DNA of 64,000 nt from an uncultured Verrucomicrobiae bacterium (GCA_963762565.1 CAVXLD010000003.1:864001-928000), one strand, 5' to 3'; shown: positions 10,354 through 20,369, counted from the stretch's first letter. The notes: generated from the sequence alone by a model not told the origin. Numbers and translations: made by a program.

Positions 10354-11031
10354 ATGATCCGCGGATTCAAAATCTTCGTTCTTATCTTATTACTCTGCGT
10401 ATTAAGCCTGCTGCCGGGAGAGGCGAGCGCAGAGGAAAATGGTCGACAGCACACCGCTGTCCTTCTCCTATCACCCGCCCCGCAGTTAAAATGGGAGACT
10501 TGGAACGAGATGTTACGAGAAACCGGTAAACCGGGCTCAGAGATCGACTGCCGGGTAGGGATGACCGTGAGCCAAGGCCAGGTCCAATCTGCGGCCATGG
10601 TTCAAAGCACTGGGTTCAAATCTGCCGACGGCGAAATCTGCGAGTGGGTACAAAAAACCTGGCATTTCAAACCGGAAGCAAAAGGAACCTTTACGCTGCC
10701 GATAATGTTGCATCTGCCAAAGGCTATACCCGGACCCGATCCGGTCAAATCGGTCGCTTTCTACACTTCGTACCCGCCATTTGCGCCGCAGGTTAGGCAG
10801 CAACTGCAAAAGGAAGCAGACCGTCAAAAACACGAGGTCACTCTGAAAATAGTGGTTACGGTCCAAGTGGATCGCGGCCAAATTCTAGCCTGCACGGCGA
10901 GTACGAAGACCGGCACCTATCTCGACTATGACGTGCCCTTCTGGGTCAAGGAGAAATGGGTATTCAAGAAAGACGCCTCCGGCACCTGGCAAATACCGCT
11001 TACCTTCAAAGTCGAACCCACGGGATCATAA
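10354..11031 (+). CDS. Secreted protein with two TonB-C-terminal-like modules
   Basis: Signal peptide; VQSTGFKSADGEICEWVQKTWHFKP and TKTGTYLDYDVPFWVKEKWVFKK...IPLTF. Confidence 0.6.
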   Translation: MIRGFKIFVLILLLCVLSLLPGEASAEENGRQHTAVLLLSPAPQLKWETWNEMLRETGKPGSEIDCRVGMTVSQGQVQSAAMVQSTGFKSADGEICEWVQKTWHFKPEAKGTFTLPIMLHLPKAIPGPDPVKSVAFYTSYPPFAPQVRQQLQKEADRQKHEVTLKIVVTVQVDRGQILACTASTKTGTYLDYDVPFWVKEKWVFKKDASGTWQIPLTFKVEPTGS

Positions 11032-11064
11032 TTTAGGAGCTAGGAGCTAGTAGCTAGGAGAAAG

Positions 11065-11247
11065 CGTATGGACGTGTGGGCGTATCGGCGTGTCGGCGTT
11101 CAAGGGAATTAAGTCGCATCATATTGGTCGCATCGGTCCCATAAGTCCCATCCATTCGCAGCGAGTATACGCCGCATCCTACTTTGCCGCGTGGATATAC
11201 CGATACGTATTCGCGCCGATACGCCCATACGCCGACACGCCGATACG
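11065..11247. repeat. Inverted-repeat element with (CGTATCGG/CGTGTCGG)n arms
   Basis: GGGCGTATCGGCGTGTCGGCGT versus CGCCGATACGCCCATACGCCGACACGCCGATACG. Confidence 0.8.
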
Positions 11248-11277
11248 TTCGCCCCTGGTCAGCCTCAACCTTAAACC

Positions 11278-11377
11278 GAAATCTGCGTAATCTGCTAATC
11301 TGCGGATAATTAAAGTCTGCGCTCATCGTCCTCCATCCGCCGCTGAGGTCTGCTTCACGATCCCGAATCTGCGGTTC
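11278..11377. repeat. Solo right arm of family D
   Basis: GAAATCTGCGTAATCTGCTAATCTGCGGAT...AATCTGCGGTT. Confidence 0.75.
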
Positions 11378-11421
11378 GGCTTTGTGTTCTCTCAGTCTAT
11401 GTGGTGTAATATCTGTTTGAC

Positions 11422-12111
11422 GTGACTGAAAGCTCAGAGCAGACGGCGGCGCAAGTGCTCGTGATTGATGTTGGCGGGCACAACATAAAGGTTCTTGCTA
11501 CGGGGAAAACTGAATCCCGGAAGCTGGCGTCCGGTCCCAAATTCACGGCCGCACAGATGGTGCACGGAGTGAAGGAGATCACCCGGGACTGGAAGTACGA
11601 CGTGGTCACGATCGGGTTCCCCGCACCGGTGCGTCAGAATCAACCGGTGGAAGAGCCGTTCAATCTCGGGCGTGGCTGGGTTGGATTTGATTACAAAGGT
11701 GCATTCGGACACCCGGTCAAAATGATCAATGACGCCGCCATGCAGGCCTTAGGCTGCTATCAAGGCGGCAAGATGTTGTTCCTTGGACTCGGCACTGGGC
11801 TCGGGTCGAGCATGGTCGTAGAAGGAATTGTGGTGCCAACCGAGCTTTGCCGGCTCCCTTATAAGAGAATGACATTTGAAGACTACGTCGGCACCCGTGG
11901 CTTGGAACGCCTGGGTAAAAAGAAATGGCGCCGTTGTGTAGAAGATGTGGTCGCCCGATTGGTCGCGGCACTCGAACCGGAAGATGTCGCCCTGGGAGGA
12001 GGCAACGTGAAATACCTGAAGGACGTTCCTCCCGGCTGCAGGATCATTGATAACGATAACGCCTTTGCCGGCGGCTTCCGCCTCTGGGATACGCCTGGCA
12101 GGTTCGGGTGA
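11422..12111 (+). CDS. ROK family kinase (polyphosphate glucokinase-like)
   Basis: VIDVGG, INDAAMQALG, FLGLGTGLGS, LGGGN. Confidence 0.88.
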   Translation: MTESSEQTAAQVLVIDVGGHNIKVLATGKTESRKLASGPKFTAAQMVHGVKEITRDWKYDVVTIGFPAPVRQNQPVEEPFNLGRGWVGFDYKGAFGHPVKMINDAAMQALGCYQGGKMLFLGLGTGLGSSMVVEGIVVPTELCRLPYKRMTFEDYVGTRGLERLGKKKWRRCVEDVVARLVAALEPEDVALGGGNVKYLKDVPPGCRIIDNDNAFAGGFRLWDTPGRFG

Positions 12112-12177
12112 GCAGTCCGCACTCAGCAGTGGGTCAGTGATCAATAATCAGGTAGAGGAGCCAGGAGGGTCATTATC

Positions 12178-12318
12178 ATTCTCGTCGTCGTCGTCCTCGA
12201 GAACGCGGCTTTCTTCGAGGGTCGGCGAATTACTTCGGCGAATTACTTGCGTTAATCACTGTAGGTGGTTTGCGTGCTACAGGCCCTCTCGAGGACGAGG
12301 ACGAGAACGAGAACGATA
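12178..12318. repeat. Inverted-repeat element family K
   Basis: TTCTCGTCGTCGTCGTCCTCGA ... TCGAGGACGAGGACGAGAACGAGAACGA. Confidence 0.8.
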
Positions 12319-12398
12319 TAGGAACGCGCCAGTGCCCAGCGACCGCTTGATGGGTGTGCCGTCTTCTGGAATCGGGATCGTTCTGCTACAATCCCCTC

Positions 12399-13223
12399 AT
12401 GTCCGAATCCGAATGGCATGAAGCCAACCGTGCTAATTGGGACGAGAGAGTCGATCTCCATCTCGATGCGGAGTCATATGATTTGGCTGCGCTGCGGCAT
12501 GGCAGCGGGAAACTGACCTCGTTGGAAGAAGCGGAGATCGGCCCGGTGGACGGGCTTCATATTCTCCATCTGCAATGCCATTTCGGCCGGGATACCCTTA
12601 CTTTGGCACAGCGCGGAGCAACGGTCGTCGGACTCGATTTTTCTCCGAGAGCGATCGCCGTGGCTCGAAATCTGGCTGCGGAGTTGTCACTGGCAGATCG
12701 AGCCCGTTTCATTGAGGCGGACCTTTATGATGCTCCCAAGGTTCTCGACCAGAGATTCGATTTAGTCTTTGTGAACTGGGGCGCAATCTGCTGGTTGCCG
12801 GATATTCGGCGCTGGGCAGAGATCGTGGCTCATTTTATCAAACCGGGTGGCTCCCTGTACCAGGTGGAAGGTCATCCCATCACCGGCGTGTTCGATAATC
12901 AGAAAGGGACGCAGAATGCCTTGCCCGACTATTTTATCCCCTATTTTGTCAGCAAAGCTCTAAGATTTGATGATCGCGAAGACTATGCGTCGACGAAGCT
13001 TTTACAGAATGCAACCCGGTATGAATGGGCTCATCCGCTTGGCGAAATCATTACCGGGTTAATTGAGGCTGGATTGACTATTAAATGGCTCCACGAGCAT
13101 GATTGCCTGCCTTACAAGCGATTCGATGTGCTCGTTAAAGGCGCGAACCGTATGTATCACTGGCCAGGGGAGCAGTGGTTGCCTCTCAGTTTTTCTCTCC
13201 GTGCTGAAAGACCAGCGTGTTAG
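12399..13223 (+). CDS. Class I SAM-dependent methyltransferase
   Basis: ANRANWDER, ILHLQCHFGRDTL, VVGLDFS, GAICWLPD. Confidence 0.92.
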   Translation: MSESEWHEANRANWDERVDLHLDAESYDLAALRHGSGKLTSLEEAEIGPVDGLHILHLQCHFGRDTLTLAQRGATVVGLDFSPRAIAVARNLAAELSLADRARFIEADLYDAPKVLDQRFDLVFVNWGAICWLPDIRRWAEIVAHFIKPGGSLYQVEGHPITGVFDNQKGTQNALPDYFIPYFVSKALRFDDREDYASTKLLQNATRYEWAHPLGEIITGLIEAGLTIKWLHEHDCLPYKRFDVLVKGANRMYHWPGEQWLPLSFSLRAERPAC

Positions 13224-13326
13224 CGGCCTCGCCGTGTTGGTCACTCGCCGCACTTACCACGTCGCAAAAACTGTCGTTCTCGTCCTCGTCGTCCCGTCGG
13301 GAGCGGTGGAACGTTGTTGAAGCATG

Positions 13327-13632
13327 TGATTACCCAACGTCTGGAGGGGAGCCGCTTTGGCGCGTGTCTGACGACCTTACGATATTTGTTACACCGTCTG
13401 ATTCGACCAAGAAATGCGAGCAGCAGGCGGCTCCCGGGAATAACCCAGCGTGATGCATTAACCTTGTGGCTTCGGTTGATTACAGACCTCGGCCGGGCAG
13501 AACTGCAAACCCCTGGGTTGTTCTCGGGAGCCGCTTGTTTTCACACGTTCCGATTAGGCTAAGGTTGAGGCGAATATCGCGACGCCGTCAGATACGCGCC
13601 AAAGCGGCTCCCCTCCAGACGTTGGGTAATCA
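13327..13632. mobile_element. Family C four-box palindromic element, copy 1
   Basis: About 47-bp near-perfect terminal IR containing GGAGGGGAGCCGCTTTG / CAAAGCGGCTCCCCTCC; inner GGCGGCTCCCGGGAA / TTCTCGGGAGCCGC. Confidence 0.85.
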
Positions 13633-13906
13633 TACGCTCAACAACTTTCCGCCCCTTCGACGGGGCGACGCGCATAGCCTGCCCGACGAAGCTTTACCTC
13701 GTCGGTTGGCAGTTCTATCAGTGAGCGAAGTCGGCAGGACGATTAAGACCAACTCTGGTGCCGCGATTGGAGGATTCCGGGGCACGTGACGTTGCGTGTC
13801 GAGCATTCCGGGCGCCGCCTCCTTGATCAACCCATAGATCTGCTAAACTATCCCGCAGGCGCGGGACGGCTACCCTCCAAAGAACCCACAAACCGCGCCC
13901 AATGCT

Positions 13907-14797
13907 ATGAAACGCAAAAAAGCGTCAGATTTCCCTCAAGAACTCCTAAACATCTTTGATCGTTACGTGCACGGCGAGATGAGCCGGCGTGACTTTCTTG
14001 AGGCTGCTAAAAAGTATGCCATCGGAGGATTAACCGCGACGGCGATTTGGGAAGCTCTTCGGCCGAACTACGCCTTCGCCGACCAAGTCGCTAAGGACGA
14101 TAAGCGTCTCGTAACGGAATACGAAACGGTTCCCTCGCCTAAGGGCAACACCGATATTCGCGGTTATTACGTTCGGCCCGCGGCGCCGGGAAAGAAATTG
14201 CCCGGGGTATTGGTCATCCATGAAAATCGCGGGCTGAATCCGTACATCGAAGATGTGGCTCGCCGTCTAGGGACGGAGAACTTTATCGCTTTTGCGCCCG
14301 ATGGCCTCACCTCGGTTGGCGGATATCCTGGCGACGAAGAGAAAGCAACCGCTCTCTTCAAAACCGTAGATCCAACCAAGATGTTTGAAGATTTCGTAGC
14401 CGCGGCCGCCTGGTTGAAAGCCCGACCCGAGTGTAGCGGAAAGATCGGCGCTGTCGGGTTCTGTTTCGGCGGCGGTACGGTTAATAGTCTGGCGGTGAGA
14501 TTACCCGACCTTGGAGCAGCAGTCGCCTTTTATGGACGCCAACCGAGCGCGGAAGATACCGCCAAGATCAAAGCCCCTCTCCTCCTTCACTATGCGTCCC
14601 TGGATACGCGCATCACCGATGGATGGCCAGCATACGAGGCTGCGCTGAAAGCCAATCACGTGACCTATACCGCCTACACTTACGACGGTGTAAACCATGG
14701 GTTCCATAATGATACCACTCCGCGTTACGACGAAACAGCGGCGAAGCTAGCCTGGCAACGGACCGTCGACTTTCTAAACCGCTATCTGCGGGGTTAG
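13907..14797 (+). CDS. Dienelactone hydrolase family protein (YghX-like)
   Basis: HENRGLNP, GFCFGG nucleophile motif, HGFHNDTTPRYD; SRRDFL Tat-like motif. Confidence 0.92.
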   Translation: MKRKKASDFPQELLNIFDRYVHGEMSRRDFLEAAKKYAIGGLTATAIWEALRPNYAFADQVAKDDKRLVTEYETVPSPKGNTDIRGYYVRPAAPGKKLPGVLVIHENRGLNPYIEDVARRLGTENFIAFAPDGLTSVGGYPGDEEKATALFKTVDPTKMFEDFVAAAAWLKARPECSGKIGAVGFCFGGGTVNSLAVRLPDLGAAVAFYGRQPSAEDTAKIKAPLLLHYASLDTRITDGWPAYEAALKANHVTYTAYTYDGVNHGFHNDTTPRYDETAAKLAWQRTVDFLNRYLRG

Positions 14798-15343
14798 CTG
14801 AAGGAGTTCAGGAGGCCGCTACCGATGCTATCCGGTTGCTTCGAGATTCTCGCAAAAAAGGAGTTTTGTCCTTGCAACTTGGTCGTTCGCGCCACCCTGA
14901 AATCCTGAACTAACAACACGGATTCGTGTGATACAGAATGTCAAAGGGATCGGCAAGCGTCCGCGTTCTGGCCACGAACTGTTCAACTCCCGGAGTGATC
15001 AAGTGCTGTCGTAACCGGGTACCTAAATAATAGACCTGATCCTGTTTCTGACGGCGGATTAGAACTCGTCTCAAGGGACTCGAAACGCACAAACGACTCG
15101 GCGCCCAGCCCGCAAGTCGGGCCGCCGGCAAGATTTTCTTTGAACTCGTTGCAATTATCATAACCAACCCGATTCGATCACCCATTGCGCAATAGTCCGT
15201 GTTTGGCGGAGTTTAGAAGCGTATTCGGTTTGCCTCGCGGCTGGCTATCCGTTTTCCGCAAGATTTCGGAAAAGTTTTTCGCCGCGCGGCTTTCGCTGAT
15301 AGGCGCGTCGTCACGACCATCCGCCCCCGCCCCCAAAAATCAA

Positions 15344-15610
15344 TGGCCGCAAAAAAACGCAAAAAAAGACGAACCGCAGATTAACGCAGATGTACGCAGA
15401 TTGGTTTGTGGGCTTCGATCAAGTCTCTGAACGATTGAAAACCATATTCGTCGCTAACTTTGTCTCTTGCTCTTTCGTGGAATTCTTCCCTCGAAAATCA
15501 TCTGCGTAAATCTGCGTCCATTTCACCCCGGAGAATTTCGGGGCTGCGGTTCGTCTTTTTTTTTGTGCCTTTTTGCGGCTATCGGCTATCGGCTATCGGC
15601 TATCGGTTAT
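15344..15610. repeat. Nested element: CGCAAA arms enclosing family D arms, followed by (GGCTATC)n
   Basis: TGGCCGCAAAAAAACGCAAAAAAAGACGAACCGCAGAT... / ...TGCGGTTCGTCTTTTTTTTTGTGCCTTTTTGCGGCTA; 21-bp insert at 15524-15544. Confidence 0.85.
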
Positions 15611-15620
15611 GCGCGAAGCG

Positions 15621-16454
15621 CTAGGCGTACACCGCCTCGATCGTGCCCTTGACCCTTACCGCATCGCCCAACGAAATCCTCCCCGTTCGCCGGACCGTGA
15701 GGTTCTGACCGAAATAAACTCCTTCGCCAAACCGCCGGTAACTCGACAACGTTCGAATCGGCTCCGGACCGGTTCGTTCACCAGTAAGCTGATCGATTGT
15801 CGGGACCGAACAACGGGCGCTCGCTTTCGTACCGCACAACAGCGCCGAGCCAACCTCAAACTCGCCCCATTGATCTTCGGCGAACGGTTCTTGCCCGGAC
15901 ACCACAATGTTTGGCCGAAAACGATCAATCGGCACGGGTTGGCTTAGCCGGGCATTCAGGTCCGCTATCGTGGCTTCGCCGATCAATAAGACTGGGTATC
16001 CATCAGCGAACCCAACAATGTCCCCTGATCGAGCGAACCTCGGATTCACCGGGCGCCCCGTCGTCTCGGGCATAAAAACGAGATTACATTCAAAGTTAAG
16101 GATCTGTGATAACCAAGGCCCCGGGTCCGCCAGTAACGCTGCTTCCACTTGATCATTCCAGACGGTCACCTGGATTTTCGGTGCGGTCTCGGGAGGCTTA
16201 ACCGGAACGGTAATCCGGGTGTTCCCATGAATCAGCAAAAGCTCCGCGCCTGTAATTGCCGCTTTGATGGTTGCCATCTTTGGCAATTGCCGCTGAGATA
16301 GAAACAGTTGGTCTTCCCCCACCAACATCCAGCGACGGTCCCAGGCGAGCCCACGTTCTTGAACTTCTGCCGTCTCGAGCAACTGACCACCAAGACCTTT
16401 AACGGGGTAGACCGCCAATCGAATGACTCTCCCGGCAAATTCGCTATCCGACAT
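15621..16454 (-). CDS. MOSC domain protein (YcbX/mARC-like)
   Basis: YPVKG, DRRWML, FADGYP, RFRPNIVV, RCSVPTIDQ, FGQNL. Confidence 0.93.
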   Translation of the reverse strand: MSDSEFAGRVIRLAVYPVKGLGGQLLETAEVQERGLAWDRRWMLVGEDQLFLSQRQLPKMATIKAAITGAELLLIHGNTRITVPVKPPETAPKIQVTVWNDQVEAALLADPGPWLSQILNFECNLVFMPETTGRPVNPRFARSGDIVGFADGYPVLLIGEATIADLNARLSQPVPIDRFRPNIVVSGQEPFAEDQWGEFEVGSALLCGTKASARCSVPTIDQLTGERTGPEPIRTLSSYRRFGEGVYFGQNLTVRRTGRISLGDAVRVKGTIEAVYA

Positions 16455-16502
16455 CGCCCATTGTTAGGCTGAGACCCCTCAAGATTCAAACCGCGAATGG
16501 AT

Positions 16503-16533
16503 CCGCCTTCGCCGAGCCTACGGCGCGACAGGC
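16503..16533 (+). mobile_element. 31-bp micro-element inside a CGCGAATGGA arm
   Basis: CCGCCTTCGCCGAGCCTACGGCGCGACAGGC flanked by T/T. Confidence 0.7.
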
Positions 16534-16559
16534 TAAAATGAACACGAATAAAAGACTCC

Positions 16560-16774
16560 AACCGCAGATGGACGCAGATAGACGCAGATTTCGGTCTGGA
16601 GCGGGATCTTGTCGCGGGGTACTAGGACCCGCGGCGCTTGGAAACGATGTGTTTATTCTTCCGCGGTGTGCCACACCTTAAAACGAAATCTGCGTAATCT
16701 GCGCAATCTGCGGATCGTTCCTCTTGATTCCGTTCTCTCGCGACGCCACTCAAAATCTGCATCTATCTGCGGTT
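16560..16774. repeat. Family D inverted-repeat element
   Basis: AACCGCAGATGGACGCAGATAGACGCAGATTTCG ... CGAAATCTGCGTAATCTGCGCAATCTGCGGAT...ATCTGCGGTT. Confidence 0.85.
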
Positions 16775-16825
16775 GAGTGGCCTCTATTCTCGGTCGCCTG
16801 GGTGCCGAGAAGCGCCTAGCAAAGG

Positions 16826-17290
16826 TTATAGCGGCTTACGGAAGTGCACGCAGCGATCCACTACTTGATAGCCTAACGCCCGATGAGCAGTTTGAGAAAT
16901 TTCGTTGTCGATCTGGGTATCCGAACCCATCTCTTTGCAGCCCTGGTTAGATGCCCAATCTTCAGCCGCGGCCAACAGCCTCCGCCCAATTCCCTTTCGC
17001 CGGCAGTCCGGAACAACGTACCAACCTTCAATGAAGCCAACTGGACGAGACGTGTCACACCCGTCGGCGTGTGAGCGAAGACCGACCTGAACGAATCCCG
17101 CGACTCGCCCATCAATCGTTTCAGCCACGAGGTTAGTGGCTGGCATACCAGTGTTTCCGCTCATTATTCCGGTAACTTCGCAACAACGTTCCGCGGCAGA
17201 GGCGTCCGGCCAGAGCGCGTAATATAAGGATGCCAACACTTCGAGATCTGAGTCCCGAGCCGCTCGAATACTGACAGGTGACAAACACAT
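16826..17290 (-). CDS. GNAT acetyltransferase, aminoglycoside 6'-N-acetyltransferase-like
   Basis: LRSHADGCDTSRPVGFIEGWYV...RRKGIGRRL...GCKEMGSDTQIDNEISQTAHRALGY...FRKPL. Confidence 0.85.
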   Translation of the reverse strand: MCLSPVSIRAARDSDLEVLASLYYALWPDASAAERCCEVTGIMSGNTGMPATNLVAETIDGRVAGFVQVGLRSHADGCDTSRPVGFIEGWYVVPDCRRKGIGRRLLAAAEDWASNQGCKEMGSDTQIDNEISQTAHRALGYQVVDRCVHFRKPL

Positions 17291-17342
17291 TTTTCCTGGC
17301 CCAGCGATTAGTGATGCCCCGCGACAATATCCGGCTCGAGAC

Positions 17343-17442
17343 CGAAATCTGCGTAATCTGCGGATATTTTTTCTTCATTCCGTTCTCTAGTGACGCCACC
17401 CCAAATCTGTGGTTCGGTGGGCCCGAGCTGACATCTGCGGTT
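17343..17442. repeat. Solo family D right arm; direct repeat of 16684-16774
   Basis: Shares CGAAATCTGCG...ATTCCGTTCTCT...GACGCCAC...AAATCTG...ATCTGCGGTT. Confidence 0.8.
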
Positions 17443-17447
17443 TAGTC

Positions 17448-17669
17448 ATGGACAATCAGGCTTACGACTTAGTGGTGATTGGTGGCGGTCCTGCGGGAGC
17501 GGCTGCCGCGTGGCGTGCAACCCTGTTTGGGAAACACGTTGCTTTGGTTGAAAAAAAGGAAAACTTGGGTGGCGCCGGCATCAATACTGGCACGATCCCA
17601 AGCAAAACCCTGCGAGAAACCGCCCTTGCCTTAACCGGTTGGCGGTCCCGGGAGCTGTTCGGTGATTAG
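17448..17669 (+). pseudogene. N-terminal fragment of a soluble pyridine nucleotide transhydrogenase (SthA-like)
   Basis: YDLVVIGGGPAG...GGAGINTGTIPSKTLRETAL; stops after 73 aa. Confidence 0.8.
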
Positions 17670-17720
17670 TGGAAGCGGCGCGGCACCTTGTCCCTGAGGG
17701 TACGGTGTCATCCCTGCCTT

Positions 17721-18761
17721 CTAGTTCGGCCGGATATCAACGACGTATACACGACCCTCGAAACTCTCATTACCGGTCAGAGAAGTAGCCATTATATAAG
17801 CGCGGCGCCCATCCGGCGCTGCCGCGACCGCTTGGGGAGCCTGAACGTTGATCTGATTACCGGCAATTTCATTGGAAACAGTGTTAACCATCAAGACATC
17901 GTCTGCACCGGTAAACGGCTCATAAAGAAACTTACCATCGAGGGTAATGCCAGGTTGGCCCTGGTAACCCCCGCTGTAGGGCATGGCAATCCTTCCAATC
18001 ATTTGATTGGTGTTAGTATCAACCACCCAGATCGACCGCCGGGTGTTAATAAAGAGTTTGTTTCCCTTTGGGCTCATGGTTAGGAAGCCAGGGATCGCAC
18101 GGCGTGCTTTCAGCGGTAGTTGGATGGTTGTGGTTACCTGTTCGTTGGCTAAGTTGATTACAAAAATATCATGCTCTGAGATTAAGTAACCAAAGTTACC
18201 GTTAGGCGTTATCACGATCTCATCACCGCCGGCTTTGATTGCGTTCGGTATTAATTGATTGTTGGCCGTATCAATAATGGAGACGGAATTTTGGAAGGGA
18301 GTACAGACGTAGATCTTCTTTCCATCCGGGCTCGCTGTCAGCCCCATCGGGAGTGAGACCGACAGAGTCGTCGTGACCGTGCCCGAGACGGTCGACACGA
18401 CATAAACGGTGGAATCGTTCGCCGCATAAAGAGCTTTTCCATCGGATGTTATTGTCAAAGCATGCGGCTCACTGCCGATCGTTATCCTGGATTTCACCGT
18501 ATTCGTCGCGGTGTTTATCACCGTGACCATACCGTTGGTGTTTGTGAAATCAGTTACGTAGACCGATTCGCCATCGGGACTTACTACCATACCGGTTGGA
18601 TAAACGTTGGATCCCAAAGGAATGGTCGCGACGATACGGTTTACCGGAACTCCGGCTTCTGCGGCCAGAGACCGGCTGGTTAGTTCTTGAGCGAATCCAG
18701 GGTCCAGAGTCGACCAAACAACCAGGCCGGCAAAAAGGACAACTCTACAGCGGAGGATCAT
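17721..18761 (-). CDS. Secreted YVTN/YncE-type beta-propeller protein
   Basis: ATG overlaps the coxG stop (ATGA); signal peptide; SPDG..YV..VTVINTATNTV blades. Confidence 0.88.
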   Translation of the reverse strand: MILRCRVVLFAGLVVWSTLDPGFAQELTSRSLAAEAGVPVNRIVATIPLGSNVYPTGMVVSPDGESVYVTDFTNTNGMVTVINTATNTVKSRITIGSEPHALTITSDGKALYAANDSTVYVVSTVSGTVTTTLSVSLPMGLTASPDGKKIYVCTPFQNSVSIIDTANNQLIPNAIKAGGDEIVITPNGNFGYLISEHDIFVINLANEQVTTTIQLPLKARRAIPGFLTMSPKGNKLFINTRRSIWVVDTNTNQMIGRIAMPYSGGYQGQPGITLDGKFLYEPFTGADDVLMVNTVSNEIAGNQINVQAPQAVAAAPDGRRAYIMATSLTGNESFEGRVYVVDIRPN

Positions 18762-19201
18762 TTTGATTCTTCCATCTGGTAGCCGATCTTCCGCAAAAAA
18801 TCTTGCAGCATCTTTTTGCCCGCGGCTTCCACCAGCCGTGACCCCACGGCAGCGATCAAGCCGCCGACTTGGCCATCGGCGTCGCATTGGAGTTCGCTTC
18901 CTTCGCCCTTTGGGGTGATTTGAATTTTCGCGGTTCCTTTCACCCACCCCGGGGCGCCGTTACCTTCCGCTTGAAGCGTGAATGATTCCGGCGGTCTTTT
19001 CTCGGAGATACGGACTTTGCCGGTGTAATTTCCTTTTATACCGGCAACACCGATTCTCAGTTTAGCATCGTAGCTATCTTCTCCGGTCTTCTCCATTTGC
19101 TCGCATCCCTCGATGCATTTCTGGAGAACAGCGGGATCGACGAGCGCTGTGAATAGTTTCTCGGGTGGGGCCTTATATTCGTATGTCGCCTGAATCTTCA
19201 T
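18758..19201 (-). CDS. coxG: CoxG/SRPBCC accessory protein
   Basis: DPAVLQKCIEGCE...VGGLIAAVGSRLV; last gene of the cox cluster. Confidence 0.88.
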   Translation of the reverse strand: MKIQATYEYKAPPEKLFTALVDPAVLQKCIEGCEQMEKTGEDSYDAKLRIGVAGIKGNYTGKVRISEKRPPESFTLQAEGNGAPGWVKGTAKIQITPKGEGSELQCDADGQVGGLIAAVGSRLVEAAGKKMLQDFLRKIGYQMEESK

Positions 19202-19220
19202 CCCATTCCGAAGCCGAAAA

Positions 19221-19500
19221 GATCCACAGATTACTCCGATTACACAGATTTCGTTTAGGATCGAGAAACAAAAGCTTTTAACCGCAGATGGACACAGATT
19301 GACGCAGATTAGGTTTAAGTGTCTGATCGCCCCTGTGAGCGGAGGCGCACGAAAGAGAGCGGCTGTTCAACAAACAGGTGAAGTCGAAACTCGAAGCGTA
19401 ATCTGCGTAATCTGCGGATATTTTATCTTCACCTGCGTCCATTTGCGGTTGTTCGACTTGCCTTAACTCTGTGTCTCTGTGGTGAAATTCTCTGCGGATC
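19221..19500. repeat. Composite family D element between coxM and coxG
   Basis: GATCCACAGATTAC..., AACCGCAGATGGACACAGAT / AATCTGCGTAATCTGCGGAT, CATTTGCGGTT, CTGCGGATC. Confidence 0.8.
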
Positions 19501-19523
19501 GTAAATTTCGGTTTTGATTTTAG

Positions 19524-20369
19524 TTATCCCCGGCTCACGGCAGCCCACAGCGCTCGTTTGGCTTGTACGCGCGCAAGATGCGCCCGGAAATCTGCCGATG
19601 CGTGAATGTCCGAGAGCGGATCGATCCCGTCTGCCGCTTTCTCAGCCGCGGCTGCAATCGAGTCGGCAGTTGGCTCCTGCCCCCGAAGCAACGACTCGGT
19701 CCCTTTTGCCCGATAAGCCTTGGCCGCAACTCCAGTGACTGCCACTGCAACCTCCTTCTTGTTCCTGTCCAAAATGGCGGCTACCCCGGCAATGGCAAAC
19801 CCGCTCGCCTTCTGGGCAAACTTCACGTATGCGGCCGTGCTGGCTGTAGCCGGCACATGGATGAATTTTAGAATCTCATTCGGTCCGACCGCCGAGGTCA
19901 AAATATCCACGAAGAAATCCTTCGCCGCGACCGTCCGGGTCCCGTTGGGGCCTGCGATCTCGAACTCCGCGTCGAGCGCCAGCATCGCGGCGGGCCAATC
20001 ACCCGCCGGATCCGCATGAACACAACTCCCACCGATGGTCCCTTTGTTGCGGACCTGCACATCGCCGATCTTCCCGGCTACTTCGGGGAGTAACGGACAG
20101 GATCCCTTGAGCAAGTCGGATGACTCGATTTCGTAATGGGTCGTTAATGCGCCGATCGCAATCGTCCCATTTTGTCGGCTGACCGAACGCAGGTCAGCGA
20201 TCCGGCCAATATCGATGAGGACCTTCGGTTGTGACAACCGGAGCTTCATCGCCGGAATCAAGCTATGGCCTCCTGCGAGTATTTTCGCGTCATCGCCATG
20301 TTTAGCCAGCAGATCGAGCGCTTCGTCCAGGCTGGAAGCCCTCACATAATCAAATGCGGCCGGGATCAT
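19524..20369 (-). CDS. coxM: FAD-binding medium subunit, CO dehydrogenase/xanthine dehydrogenase family
   Basis: MIPAAFDY, LAGGHSLIP, VRNKGTIGGS, HADPAGD. Confidence 0.9.
   Translation of the reverse strand: MIPAAFDYVRASSLDEALDLLAKHGDDAKILAGGHSLIPAMKLRLSQPKVLIDIGRIADLRSVSRQNGTIAIGALTTHYEIESSDLLKGSCPLLPEVAGKIGDVQVRNKGTIGGSCVHADPAGDWPAAMLALDAEFEIAGPNGTRTVAAKDFFVDILTSAVGPNEILKFIHVPATASTAAYVKFAQKASGFAIAGVAAILDRNKKEVAVAVTGVAAKAYRAKGTESLLRGQEPTADSIAAAAEKAADGIDPLSDIHASADFRAHLARVQAKRALWAAVSRG

Noticed and set aside
13332..13627. Integron attC site (ACCCAAC ... GTTGGGT fits RYYYAAC/GTTRRRY; GTTRRRY also follows copies 2 and 3)
   Set aside because: About 295 bp is far longer than known attC sites, other copies lack the left box, there is no co-oriented cassette array, and no IntI is in the window.
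14910..15185. Possible gene remnant on the minus strand
   Set aside because: Partly protein-like at the C-terminus, but I could not assign a family or a reliable frame.
18762..18947. Longer N-terminus for the propeller ORF
   Set aside because: It overlaps coxG out of frame; the signal peptide starts at ATG 18761.
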